From assembly GCA_050699035.1 (NCBI GenBank), contig JBOHDE010000003.1, positions 1 to 52,008 on the forward strand: 52,008 nt of DNA, given 5' to 3'. The notes beneath the pieces are model-generated. The model was given only the letters and a program-made list of their open reading frames with translations. It searched no databases and was not told where the DNA came from. Both the position numbers and the translations under genes were made by a program. This DNA comes from Nocardioidaceae bacterium (GTDB lineage Bacteria; Actinomycetota; Actinomycetes; Propionibacteriales; Nocardioidaceae). The stretch's first letter is position 1, and each line of letters starts with the position of its first letter. Shown in pieces: positions 36,717 to 46,177 of the stretch.

Positions 36717-38574
36717 AGCGCACCTCCTCCAGCAGCGTCATCGCGCCGGCCCGCTCGCGCAGGCTGAGCAGCGTCATCTTCGCGCCTTCGCCGGCGACAT
36801 TGCCGGCCGAGACGATCCGCAGCACGGGCAGCTTCGGGACAAGCCCGATCCGGACGGCGGACGCGGGGGACAGGTAGCTGCCGAACGACCCGGCGAGCAG
36901 CACCTGTTGCACGTCGCCGGCCTCGGCGCCGAGCTCCTCGAGCAGCAGCGACCAGCCGGTCGCGATTGCCGCCTTCGCGAACTGCAGCTCGCGGACATCC
37001 CGCTGCGACAGGTAGACGGTGTCCGCAGCGTCCTCGGCCCCGTCCGGCCGGAACAGCACGAAGACCCGTTCCTCGCCGATCTTGGCCAACCGCCCAGCCA
37101 GCGTCGGAGCGACCGACGCCGCGACGTCATCGGGCACGAACCGACCGGAGCTGTCGAGCAGCCCTACCTTCACCAGCTCGGCGACGGCGTCCACGAGCCC
37201 TGAGCCGCACAGCCCCGCCGGGCTGATGTCGCCGATCACCTGCAGCTCGACGTCGTCGCTGAGGCGTACGACCTCGATCGCGCCCTCGGCCGCCCGCATC
37301 CCGCAACGGATCGCGCCGCCCTCGAACGCGGGCCCGGCCGGTGCGGCCGTCGACACCGTCCGTTCACCGTCGCCGAGCACGATCTCGCAGTTGGTGCCGA
37401 CGTCGATGAACAGCCGCATCCGCTTGTCGCGGTCCATCCCGGTCGCCAGCATCCCGGCCACGATGTCGCCGCCCACATAGGCACCTAGCGCCGGGAGCAC
37501 CGCCGCCGGTGCGCCGGGGTGGATCAACACCCCCAGGTCGGACGCGAGTACGCCGGACACGGTCGCCGACGACATCACGAACGGTGCGACGCCGATCGGC
37601 TCGGGGTCGATGCCCAGAGCCAGGGCAACCATGGTGGCGTTGCCGGCGAGCGCGACCTCGTAGACCTCGTCGGGCTCGACTCCACCCTCTTTGCAGACCG
37701 CCTGCGCAAGCTCGTCGAGGGTCGCGTGGGCGAGCCCGCGCAGCCGGTCGAGCGCGTCGGGGTCCATCATGGTGGCGCTGATCCGGGTGATGACGTCCCC
37801 ACCGAACGGCTGCTGCCGATTGAGCATCGACTGCACCGCCACCGGCGTGCCCGTCGAGACGTCGAGCAGGGTCGCCACCACCGTCGTCGTACCCAGGTCG
37901 AACGCGATCGCGTGCCGCCGCGCCGACGTGTCGCCCGGCTCCACGTCGATCAGCACGTCGTCGACCACCACCGCGGTCACCTTGAAGTCCGCCGAACGCA
38001 GCACGGTGGGCAGCCGCCGTAGCGCGTGCAGGTCGACGGTCAGCTCCAAGTCCTCGATCGCGCCGAGCAGCCGTACCAGGTCGGTCCGCTGGTCGGACAG
38101 CGTCGGCTCGGCCAGCTCGACGTACCGCTTCTGCACGGCGGGCCGGAGGATCACCTGCCGCCCGACGCCGACCGTCGCCGCCTTGGGACGGGTGACGAGC
38201 GGCGGCACCTCGACCCGGAGGTCGTTCGTGGCCTGGGCGAGGCAGGCCAGCCGCCAGCCGGCGTTGAGCTGCTCACCGGTGAACGAGCGGACGTCGAGCC
38301 GCGAGACCGGCACCGAGCCGGTCAGGATCTGCACCTTGCACTTCTTGCAGGTCCCGTGCCCCCCACAGGTCGAGTCGATGGCGATGCCATTCCAGCTGGC
38401 CGCGTCGAAGACAGTGACCCCCGGCGGCACCCGGACCGACCGCTCGGCCGGCGCGAACGAGAGCTCGACCCGGCCCGTCCCGTCGTGCGCGACCAGCTCG
38501 CCCGTGGTGCTCTGGTCCGCGGGGGGTTCGATCAACCCCTCACGGGCGAGATGGCTGAGATCGGTCTCGCTCAC
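36649..38574 (-). CDS. reductive activator of corrinoid proteins (RACo/RamA-like): N-terminal [2Fe-2S] ferredoxin domain plus ASKHA ATPase domain
   Basis: The start is trimmed to the GTG at 38574 (GTGA overlap with the upstream stop). The Cys motif CGGHGTCKKCKV ... C is as in RACo ferredoxin domains. The ASKHA core reads [17 protein letters not shown] ... GGDVITRI ... FIDVGTNCEIVLG ... PAFEGG. Confidence 0.8.
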   Translation of the reverse strand: MSETDLSHLAREGLIEPPADQSTTGELVAHDGTGRVELSFAPAERSVRVPPGVTVFDAASWNGIAIDSTCGGHGTCKKCKVQILTGSVPVSRLDVRSFTGEQLNAGWRLACLAQATNDLRVEVPPLVTRPKAATVGVGRQVILRPAVQKRYVELAEPTLSDQRTDLVRLLGAIEDLELTVDLHALRRLPTVLRSADFKVTAVVVDDVLIDVEPGDTSARRHAIAFDLGTTTVVATLLDVSTGTPVAVQSMLNRQQPFGGDVITRISATMMDPDALDRLRGLAHATLDELAQAVCKEGGVEPDEVYEVALAGNATMVALALGIDPEPIGVAPFVMSSATVSGVLASDLGVLIHPGAPAAVLPALGAYVGGDIVAGMLATGMDRDKRMRLFIDVGTNCEIVLGDGERTVSTAAPAGPAFEGGAIRCGMRAAEGAIEVVRLSDDVELQVIGDISPAGLCGSGLVDAVAELVKVGLLDSSGRFVPDDVAASVAPTLAGRLAKIGEERVFVLFRPDGAEDAADTVYLSQRDVRELQFAKAAIATGWSLLLEELGAEAGDVQQVLLAGSFGSYLSPASAVRIGLVPKLPVLRIVSAGNVAGEGAKMTLLSLRERAGAMTLLEEVRYVELSDRADFNDKFVDQLAFPG

Positions 38575-39469
38575 GTCGCGCCTGACTCCCGCAAGGTTGC
38601 TTGCTTGGCCCGGTGCGCGGCGATCCAGGAGCCGCCCCACTCGTCGTGGCCGAGCAGGAGGTCGGCGGCCTTGACGGCTTCGACGATCTCCGGAGTACGG
38701 GCGTCCATGATCGCGCTGGTCAGCCCCGCGGTCATCGCCATCGGCAGGTACGCCGAGCCGATGGCGTGGCGGCCCGGCATGCCGAACGACACGTTCGAGG
38801 CGCCGCACGTCATGTTGAGCCCGTACGTCTCGCGGATCCGGCGGATCGTCTCCAGCGTCGTCTGCACAACCGACGTGTCGGCACCGATCGGCATCGCCAA
38901 CGGGTCGATCACGATGTCGGCCAGCGCGATGCCGTACTCCTTGGTCGCGACGTCGACGATCTTGCCCACCAGCTCCAGCCGCTTGTCGGCGTCCATCGGG
39001 ATCTCGTCGGCGTCGTTGGGCAGTGCGATGACGGCTGCGTCGTACTTCTTGACCAGCGGGAGGATTGCCGCCATCCGGTCGTCCTCGGCCGTGATCGAGT
39101 TGACCAGCGCACGGCCCTGGTACGTCGCGAGCCCGGCCTCGAGCGCCTCGACGACCGACGAGTCGATGCAGATCGGCAGGTCTGTCAGCGACTGGATGAG
39201 TGTGATGGCCCTAGCCAGCAGGTCCGCCTCGTCGGTCAGGGGTACGCCCATGTTGACGTCGAGTACGTCGGCGCCACCGGCCACCTGCGCGGCGACGTCA
39301 CGCTCGATCGCCGACAGGTCGCCGGCCCGCAGCTGGTCCTGGAAGATCCGCCGGCCGGTGGGGTTGATCCGCTCGCCGATCAGGCAGAACGGCCGGCCGT
39401 GGCCGATCACCACCTCGCGGGTGGCCGACCGGAGCGTCGTCTCCTGCAGTGCCGTCTGCACGTGCGTCG

Positions 39470-39473
<4 letters not shown>
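38571..39473 (-). CDS. methyltetrahydrofolate:corrinoid methyltransferase (pterin-binding domain, MtgA/MeTr/MetH-module-like)
   Basis: 300 aa. LIGERINPTG ... GADVLDVNMG ... ICIDSS ... ALVNSI ... IDPLAMPIG ... CGASNVSFGMP is the pterin-binding barrel pattern. Confidence 0.85.
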
Positions 39474-40131
<658 letters not shown>

Positions 40132-40135
<4 letters not shown>

Positions 40136-40899
40136 GCAGCGCCCTCCTTGTGAGTGCGACGACGGAGCAGGCGCGACAGGGAGTCGGCCTGCTCGACCAA
40201 CAGCTCGCCGATGTCGTCGAGCTGGTCCCCGAGACGGGCACTGGGGCCCGAGACTCCGAGTGCCGCGATGGTGTGTCCGTCGCGGCCGTGGACCGGCGCC
40301 GCCACGGCGTCGAGTCCGACTTCGAGCTCCTCGCGGGTCACGGCGTAGCCGTGCCGGCGAATGTCTCGAACTTCCTTGTCCAGCTGGGATCTGCTGGCCA
40401 CCGTCTGCGGGGTCGGCCGCTCCAGGTCGCCGTCGGGCAGGTCGAGGGAGTCGTACGCGTACAGCACCTTGCCGAGGGCGGAGCAGTGCGCTGGGACGTC
40501 GACCTCCAGCCAGTCGCGTGCGCCGAGCACGAACGTCGCGTTGACCTGGGCGATCTGCACGACGGTCTCGCCGCGGGGGATGGCCAGGTTGACCGTCTCC
40601 CCGGTCTGGGCGCCCAGCTTCTGCAGCACCGGGTCGGCCAGTCGGGCGACCTGCGTCCACGGGTCGTGCCGGGCGGCGTACAGGGCGAACAGTGGCCCCG
40701 ACACGAACGAGCCGTGCGAGTCGCGCTCGAGCAGGTGGTTGCGCTCGAGCGCGGTGAGCAGCCGCGACGTCGTCGACCGGGCCAGCCCGGTCTCGTCGGC
40801 GAGGTCGGTGAAGCTGATCGGCTCGTCGGCCTGCACGACCAGGGACAGCAGCTGGGCCGCCCGGTCGACGGCCTGCGCGCCGTTCGCGGTGCTGGTCAT
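40132..40899 (-). CDS. IclR-family transcriptional regulator (first gene of the corrinoid operon)
   Basis: AVDRAAQLLSLVVQADEPISFTDLADETGLARSTTSRLLTALE (wHTH) plus the IclR effector domain (GYAVTREELEVGLDAVAAPV). Confidence 0.85.
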
Positions 40900-40939
40900 G
40901 GGTTCCTTGGGAGCTCGGTGGTGACGGCTGTGGGCAGGT

Positions 40940-40956
40940 GTTCCATAACATGGAAC
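40940..40956. promoter_or_regulatory. candidate operator GTTCCAT-AAC-ATGGAAC in the iclR / mttB divergent promoter region
   Basis: Perfect 7-3-7 palindrome in the 114-bp spacer. A CATAAT -10-like hexamer follows at 40966-40971. AAGGAGG lies 7 nt upstream of the mttB-family ATG. Confidence 0.4.
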
Positions 40957-41013
40957 CCGACTCCCACATAATGAGGTTAGGATCTCGATCAGGCCGGGTC
41001 AAGGAGGTAGTCG

Positions 41014-42453
41014 ATGTTTCGCAATGCCATGCCGCGCTACGAGGTGCTGTCCGCCGAGGCGATGGAGACGCTCGACAAGGGCTGGCGCCGAATCGTCAGC
41101 GAGATCGGCGTGGAGTTCATGTCCGACCGGGCGCTCGACCTGTTCCGTCAGGCCGGGCAGCGGGTCGAGGACAACACGGTGTTCCTCGACCCCGATTTCG
41201 TGCTGGCCCAGGTCGCGAAGGCGCCACGCGAGTTCGACGTCGCCGCCCGCAACCCCGACAACACCCTCCACATCGGCGGCGACGCGATGGCGTTCGGCGC
41301 GGTCTACGGCCCACCGTTCGTCCGCCAGGGCGACGTGCGGCGCGACGCGACCATGGAGGACTTCCGGTCCTTCACCAAGCTGGCGCAGTCCTTTCCCGTA
41401 CTCGACTCCGCGGGGGGCGTGATCTGTGAGCCCAACGACACGCCGTTGGACTCACGGCACCTCGACATGACGTACGCCCTGCAGACCCTGACCGACAAGG
41501 TCTACATGGGCAACGTGGTGTCCGGGCCCAACGCCGTCGACACCATCGAGATGAGCTCGATTCTCTTCGGTGGCAGGGAAATCATCGAGCAGACGCCGGT
41601 GACCATCTCGCTGATCAACTGCAACTCGCCGCTGCGGTGGGACGACCGGATGCTCGACGCGCAGTTCGAGTACAGCGCCGCCAACCAGCCGGTCGTGCTC
41701 ACGCCATTCCTGCTGATGGGCGCCATGTCCCCGGTCACGATCCCGGCCGCGCTGGTGCAACAGATGGCCGAGGCGCTGTCCGGCATCGCGTTGTCGCAGC
41801 TGATCCGTCCCGGGTGCCCGGTGATCTTCGGGTCGTTCCTCTCCAACATCGACATGCAGTCCGGCTCGCCCTGCTTCGGCACGCCGGAGTCCGGGATCGG
41901 GCTGCTCTGCACCGGCCAGATCGCACGCCACTTCGGGCTGCCGTTCCGGTCCGGCGGCGCGATGACGTCCTCCCAGGTGCCCGATGCGCAGGCCGGCTAC
42001 GAAGCGCTGATGACGTTGCTGCCGACGTTCCTCGCCGGCGCCAACTGGGTGATGCACTCCGCCGGGTGGCTCGAGGGCGGCCTGGTCGCGGGGTACGAGA
42101 AGTTCATCGTCGACGTCGAACTGCTGCAGATGATGCGGGTGGAGTTCACCCCACTGGAGATCGACGAGGCGTCGCTGGCGTTCGACGCGCACACCGAGGT
42201 CGGCCACGGCGGCCACTTCCTCGGTGCGATGCACACGATGGAGCGGTTCCGCACCTGCTTCTACCGGCCGATGCTGTCGTCGTCGGACAACTACGAACGG
42301 TGGATGAAGAACGGCGCCGCGGATACCGCCGACCGGGCGGCGACGATCTACCAGCAGCGGCTCGACGAGTACGAGGCCCCGTCGATCGACGACGCGGTCC
42401 GGGCCGAGCTGGAGGAGTACGTCGTACGGCGCCGCAAGGAGCTTGGCGACTGA
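41014..42453 (+). CDS. MttB-superfamily methyltransferase lacking pyrrolysine (quaternary amine:corrinoid methyltransferase; glycine betaine is the contextual substrate guess)
   Basis: 479 aa. The N-terminus YEVLSAEAMETLDKGWRRIVSEIGVEF ... ALDLFRQAGQRV and the TIM-barrel length match the trimethylamine methyltransferase family. The ORF is uninterrupted, with no in-frame TAG. Confidence 0.85.
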   Translation: MFRNAMPRYEVLSAEAMETLDKGWRRIVSEIGVEFMSDRALDLFRQAGQRVEDNTVFLDPDFVLAQVAKAPREFDVAARNPDNTLHIGGDAMAFGAVYGPPFVRQGDVRRDATMEDFRSFTKLAQSFPVLDSAGGVICEPNDTPLDSRHLDMTYALQTLTDKVYMGNVVSGPNAVDTIEMSSILFGGREIIEQTPVTISLINCNSPLRWDDRMLDAQFEYSAANQPVVLTPFLLMGAMSPVTIPAALVQQMAEALSGIALSQLIRPGCPVIFGSFLSNIDMQSGSPCFGTPESGIGLLCTGQIARHFGLPFRSGGAMTSSQVPDAQAGYEALMTLLPTFLAGANWVMHSAGWLEGGLVAGYEKFIVDVELLQMMRVEFTPLEIDEASLAFDAHTEVGHGGHFLGAMHTMERFRTCFYRPMLSSSDNYERWMKNGAADTADRAATIYQQRLDEYEAPSIDDAVRAELEEYVVRRRKELGD

Positions 42454-42456
42454 TCG

Positions 42457-42690
42457 TCAGAAGATCGTCGCGAGCATGACCAGCAGTAGTGGAGCGACGA
42501 AGCTCGCCAGCACCAGCCACGCGACCACCCGGTGCGAACCCTTGTCCGACGACAACGACCCGGCCATCGCGACCAGGGCGCCCTCCTCGGTGTTGCGGTC
42601 GAGGCCCATCAGCTGAGCGTCGCTCGGCACACCGTGCAGCGCGTGTGCGTGCCCGGTTGGGTCGAATTCGGCGTGGTCGGGGTCCGGCAC
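42457..42690 (-). CDS. possible small His-rich protein with a C-terminal TM anchor
   Basis: Tail of a longer spurious ORF. Candidate starts are the GTG at 42690 (77 aa) or the ATG at 42609 (50 aa). It ends in HRVVAWLVLASFVAPLLLVMLATIF. There is no RBS, and it sits between the mttB-family stop and the purU stop. Confidence 0.25.
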   Translation of the reverse strand: MPDPDHAEFDPTGHAHALHGVPSDAQLMGLDRNTEEGALVAMAGSLSSDKGSHRVVAWLVLASFVAPLLLVMLATIF

Positions 42691-42794
42691 GTCATCGATG
42701 CTAGCCCGCGACCTCCGGCCACTATCTTCTCGGCGCGAAGGGTCCCGACATTCGCGCAACCTCGGCGCGAAGGGTCTGGGCGTCGTGCAGCGGG

Positions 42795-43679
42795 TCAGCG
42801 GAAGACGACGGTGCGGTGGCCGTTGAGCAGGACCCGGCTCTCGGAGTGCCAGCGCACGGCGCGCGACAGTACCTGGCTCTCCACGTCGCGACCGGCGGCG
42901 GCCAGCTGGGCGGCGCTCAGCCCGTGGTCGACGCGGGCGACGTCCTGCTCGATAATCGGGCCCTCGTCGAGGTCTGCGGTCACGTAGTGCGCCGTCGCCC
43001 CGATCAGCTTGACGCCTCGGTCGAACGCCTGGTGGTACGGCTTTGCCCCCTTGAAGCTCGGCAGGAACGAGTGGTGGATGTTGATCGCCCGCCCCTCGAG
43101 TCGCTTGCAGGTGTCGTCGGACAGCACCTGCATGTAGCGGGCGAGCACGACCAAGTCGATATCGAGCTCGTCGACGAGTGCCAGCAGCCGGGCCTCGGCC
43201 TCGGGCTTGTTGTCGGCCGTCACCGGGAGGTGGTGGAAGTCGATGCCGTGCGCCGCGGCGAGCGGGGCGAAGTCCTCGTGGTTGGAGACGATCGCGGGCA
43301 CGTCGATCTGCAGCGACCCGGTGCTCCACCGGAACAGCAGGTCGTTGAGGCAGTGCCCGAACCTCGACACCATGACCAGCGTCCGGTACGGCGCGGACGC
43401 GTCCCACAGCTGCCAGGTCATGGCGTACGACGCCGCGACGCCCGCGAACGCCTCCTGCAGCGACGCGAGCGTGTGCCCCGGCTCGAAGGTCTCGAAATGC
43501 ACCCGCATGAAGAAGCGGTCCTCGATCCGATCGTCGAACTGCTGGCTCTCGAGGATGTTCCCGGAGTGCTGGACGAGGAAGCCCGACACGGCGAACACGA
43601 TGCCGGGGCGGTCCGGGCAGACGATCGTCAGCACGTACTCCGGATTGGTCACCGAAACCTCCTGGGTACGTTGCGTCAT
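42795..43679 (-). CDS. purU: formyltetrahydrofolate deformylase
   Basis: The ACT domain (VLTIVCPDRPGIVFAVSGFLVQHSGNILESQQF) is followed by the formyltransferase core (NIHHSFLPSFKGAKPYHQA ... GATAHYVT.DLDEGPII). Confidence 0.9.
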   Translation of the reverse strand: MTQRTQEVSVTNPEYVLTIVCPDRPGIVFAVSGFLVQHSGNILESQQFDDRIEDRFFMRVHFETFEPGHTLASLQEAFAGVAASYAMTWQLWDASAPYRTLVMVSRFGHCLNDLLFRWSTGSLQIDVPAIVSNHEDFAPLAAAHGIDFHHLPVTADNKPEAEARLLALVDELDIDLVVLARYMQVLSDDTCKRLEGRAINIHHSFLPSFKGAKPYHQAFDRGVKLIGATAHYVTADLDEGPIIEQDVARVDHGLSAAQLAAAGRDVESQVLSRAVRWHSESRVLLNGHRTVVFR

Positions 43680-43691
43680 CGAGAACTCAGT

Positions 43692-43704
43692 TTGCGATAC
43701 GCAA
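43692..43704. promoter_or_regulatory. candidate operator TTGCG-ATA-CGCAA between purU and the second iclR gene
   Basis: Perfect palindrome in the 49-bp divergent spacer. Confidence 0.4.
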
Positions 43705-43728
43705 CACGATCTGCGCTACTGTCTCGTA

Positions 43729-44502
43729 ATGAGCAACACGGTCGAGGCACCCAGCACCGTGCAGTCGGTCGACCGGGCCGTCACCATTCTCGAGATTCTG
43801 GCCCGCAACGGCGAGTCGGGTGTCACCGAGATCGCCGCCGAGCTCGGCGTGCACAAGTCCACGGCCTTCCGGCTGGTCGCGGCCCTCGAGCAGCGTGGAC
43901 TGGTCGAGCAGGCCGGCGACCGGGGCAAGTACCGGCTCGGGGTCGGCATCTTGCGGCTGGCCGGCGCGACCACGGCCCGGCTCGATGTGGTCCAGGAGGC
44001 CCGGCCGGTCTGCCGCAAGCTGGCCGCAGACACCGGCGAGACCGTCAACATCGCCGTCCTCTCCGAGAACTCCGCGCTCTACCTCGACCAGATCGCCGGC
44101 TCGTCGGCGCTGCAGCCGCACAACTGGGTCGGCCAGCACATCCCGCTGCACGCCACGTCCAACGGCAAGGTCTTGCTGAGCGGGCTCCACCAGGACGAGC
44201 TGAGCCAGGTCCTGCGCTCGCTGCGTTCCTACACCGAGACCACGATCACCTCGAAGGCCAAGCTGCGGCGCGAGCTCGAGCAGGTCCGGCAGCGTGGGTA
44301 CGCCGTGGCGATCGACGAGCTCGAGGTCGGGCTGACCGCACTCGCGGCGCCGATCCACAACGCGCACGGGGACGTGATCGCGTCACTGAGCGTGTCCGGC
44401 CCGAGCTTCCGGCTGACGCCTGAGGCGGTCGAGTCGGCCGTGCCCACGCTGGTCGAGGCCGCCGCCGAGGTGTCGAACCGGCTGGGCTGGGGCGTCCGTT
44501 GA
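43729..44502 (+). CDS. IclR-family transcriptional regulator
   Basis: SVDRAVTILEILARNGESGVTEIAAELGVHKSTAFRLVAALE plus GYAVAIDELEVGLTALAAPI. The start is trimmed to the ATG at 43729. Confidence 0.9.
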   Translation: MSNTVEAPSTVQSVDRAVTILEILARNGESGVTEIAAELGVHKSTAFRLVAALEQRGLVEQAGDRGKYRLGVGILRLAGATTARLDVVQEARPVCRKLAADTGETVNIAVLSENSALYLDQIAGSSALQPHNWVGQHIPLHATSNGKVLLSGLHQDELSQVLRSLRSYTETTITSKAKLRRELEQVRQRGYAVAIDELEVGLTALAAPIHNAHGDVIASLSVSGPSFRLTPEAVESAVPTLVEAAAEVSNRLGWGVR

Positions 44503-44593
44503 CCGACTGGCCGAGCTCGCCGAGCAGCTACTTTGGGTGATCGGGTGGCGCTGCTCAGCGAATCGCTTGACGGACCCCCCTGACCTGACCATT

Positions 44594-44645
44594 GTTGTTG
44601 CGTAGAACACAAAGAGTTGCGCAACGTGCAACGCCGTGCGGCAAC
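44594..44645. promoter_or_regulatory. cluster of TTGC/GCAA half-sites upstream of betB (includes the palindrome GTTGCGCAAC at 44616-44625)
   Basis: GTTGCG (44598), GTTGCGCAAC (44616-44625), GTGCAAC (44626-44632) and GCGGCAAC (44638-44645). The half-site matches the purU/iclR palindrome. Confidence 0.35.
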
Positions 44646-44659
44646 TCGTAGGAGGAGCG

Positions 44660-46129
44660 GTGCCCGACATCTTTGTGCATGGCCGTTGGGAGAGCGCGCG
44701 CGACGGTGGGCGCCGCGAGATCCGCTGCCCAGCCGACGGGAGCCTGGTCGCCGAGGTCGACGAGGCCGGCCCCAAGGACACCGCGGAGGCGATCGAGAGC
44801 GCGCGCACGGCGTTCGACGACGGGCCCTGGCCGGGCACGCCGGCCGCCGAGCGCGGAGCCCTGCTGGGGCGGGTCGCCGACCTCCTCGAGCGCGACAAGG
44901 CCGAGGTGGCCCGCGCCGAGTCGCTCGACACCGGCAAGCGCCTGGTCGAGAGCGAGTACGACGTCGACGACGTGGTCGGCGTCTTCCGGCACTACGCCCG
45001 GGTCGCCGGCGAGGACGCCGGGCGGGTCGTGGACACCGGGCGGGCGGACGTCGTCAGCCGCATCGTGCACGAGCCGGTCGGCGTCTGCGGTCTGATCACG
45101 CCGTGGAACTATCCGCTGCTGCAGACCGCGTGGAAGGTGGCGCCGGCGCTGGCGGCCGGCAACACGTTCGTGCTCAAGCCCAGCGAGCTCACGCCGTCGA
45201 CCGCGATCGTGCTGATGCGTCAGCTCGCCGAGGCCGGCCTGCCGGACGGTGCCGCCAACCTCGTCCTCGGCGCGGGAGCGCAGGCGGGCGCACCACTGGC
45301 CGAGGACCCACGCGTCGACCTGGTGTCGTTCACCGGCGGGCTCGAGACCGGCAAGCGCATCATGGCCACGGCCGCCGGCACGGTGAAGAAGGTCGCGCTC
45401 GAGCTCGGCGGCAAGAACCCGAACGTCGTGTTCGCCGACGCCGACCCCGAGACCGCCCTCGACTTCGCACTGACCGCCGTCTTCCTGCACTCCGGGCAGG
45501 TCTGCTCGGCCGGTGCCCGGCTCGTGGTCGAAGAGTCGATCCACGACCAGCTCGTTGACGAGATTGTCAAGCGGGCAAAGAAGATCCGGCTCGGCGGACC
45601 ATTCGATGACGACGCCGAGACCGGGCCGCTCATCTCGGCGGCTCATCGCGACAAGGTCGAGGCGTTCGTCGCGGACGGCATCGCCGCCGGCGCCGTACTC
45701 CGTTGTGGGGGCGAACGACCCGCCGCACCTGCACTCGTCGACGGTTTCTACTACCCTCCGACAGTGCTTGACGGTTGTGACCGCACGATGAGCGTCGTGC
45801 ACGAGGAGTCGTTCGGCCCGGTGCTGACGGTCGAGACGTTCGGCACCGAGGACGAGGCGGTGGCGATCGCGAACGACAGCCACTTCGGGCTGGCCGGCGC
45901 GGTCTGGACCGACAACGCGGGCAAGGCCGAGCGGGTGGCCGCCCGGCTGCGGATGGGCACGGTGTGGATCAACGACTACCACCCGTACGTCCCGCAGGCC
46001 GAGTGGGGCGGCTACAAGCAGTCCGGAGTCGGCCGTGAGCTCGGCCGGGCCGGGCTGGACGAGTACCGCGAGACCAAACACGTCTGGCACAACGTGCGGC
46101 CCACACCACAACGGTGGTTCGGCGGCTGA
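44660..46129 (+). CDS. betB: betaine-aldehyde dehydrogenase (ALDH family)
   Basis: AGGAGG lies 4 nt upstream of the GTG at 44660. ALDH motifs: ITPWNYPLL, FTGG.ETGK, LELGGKNP, and the catalytic Cys in HSGQVCSAG. Sits directly upstream of betA. Confidence 0.85.
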   Translation: MPDIFVHGRWESARDGGRREIRCPADGSLVAEVDEAGPKDTAEAIESARTAFDDGPWPGTPAAERGALLGRVADLLERDKAEVARAESLDTGKRLVESEYDVDDVVGVFRHYARVAGEDAGRVVDTGRADVVSRIVHEPVGVCGLITPWNYPLLQTAWKVAPALAAGNTFVLKPSELTPSTAIVLMRQLAEAGLPDGAANLVLGAGAQAGAPLAEDPRVDLVSFTGGLETGKRIMATAAGTVKKVALELGGKNPNVVFADADPETALDFALTAVFLHSGQVCSAGARLVVEESIHDQLVDEIVKRAKKIRLGGPFDDDAETGPLISAAHRDKVEAFVADGIAAGAVLRCGGERPAAPALVDGFYYPPTVLDGCDRTMSVVHEESFGPVLTVETFGTEDEAVAIANDSHFGLAGAVWTDNAGKAERVAARLRMGTVWINDYHPYVPQAEWGGYKQSGVGRELGRAGLDEYRETKHVWHNVRPTPQRWFGG

Positions 46130-46177
46130 GCGCACGCAGGCACGACTGCCCGCGAACCACCACCAGAGAGGAGACGG

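Noticed and set aside
38521-38545. T-arm-like GGGGTTCGATCAACCCC, which might suggest a tRNA.
   Set aside because: It lies inside the RACo coding sequence, with no accompanying acceptor, D or anticodon arms. No tRNA cloverleaf can be drawn.
40900-41013. Cobalamin riboswitch upstream of the MttB-family gene or the corrinoid operon.
   Set aside because: The spacer is only 114 bp, too short for a B12 aptamer, and I see no B12-box-like sequence. A palindromic protein operator is the better reading.
41014-42453. Pyrrolysine (in-frame UAG) decoding in the MttB homolog.
   Set aside because: The ORF is continuous with no internal TAG, and no pylTSBCD-like genes are in the window. This is a non-Pyl family member.
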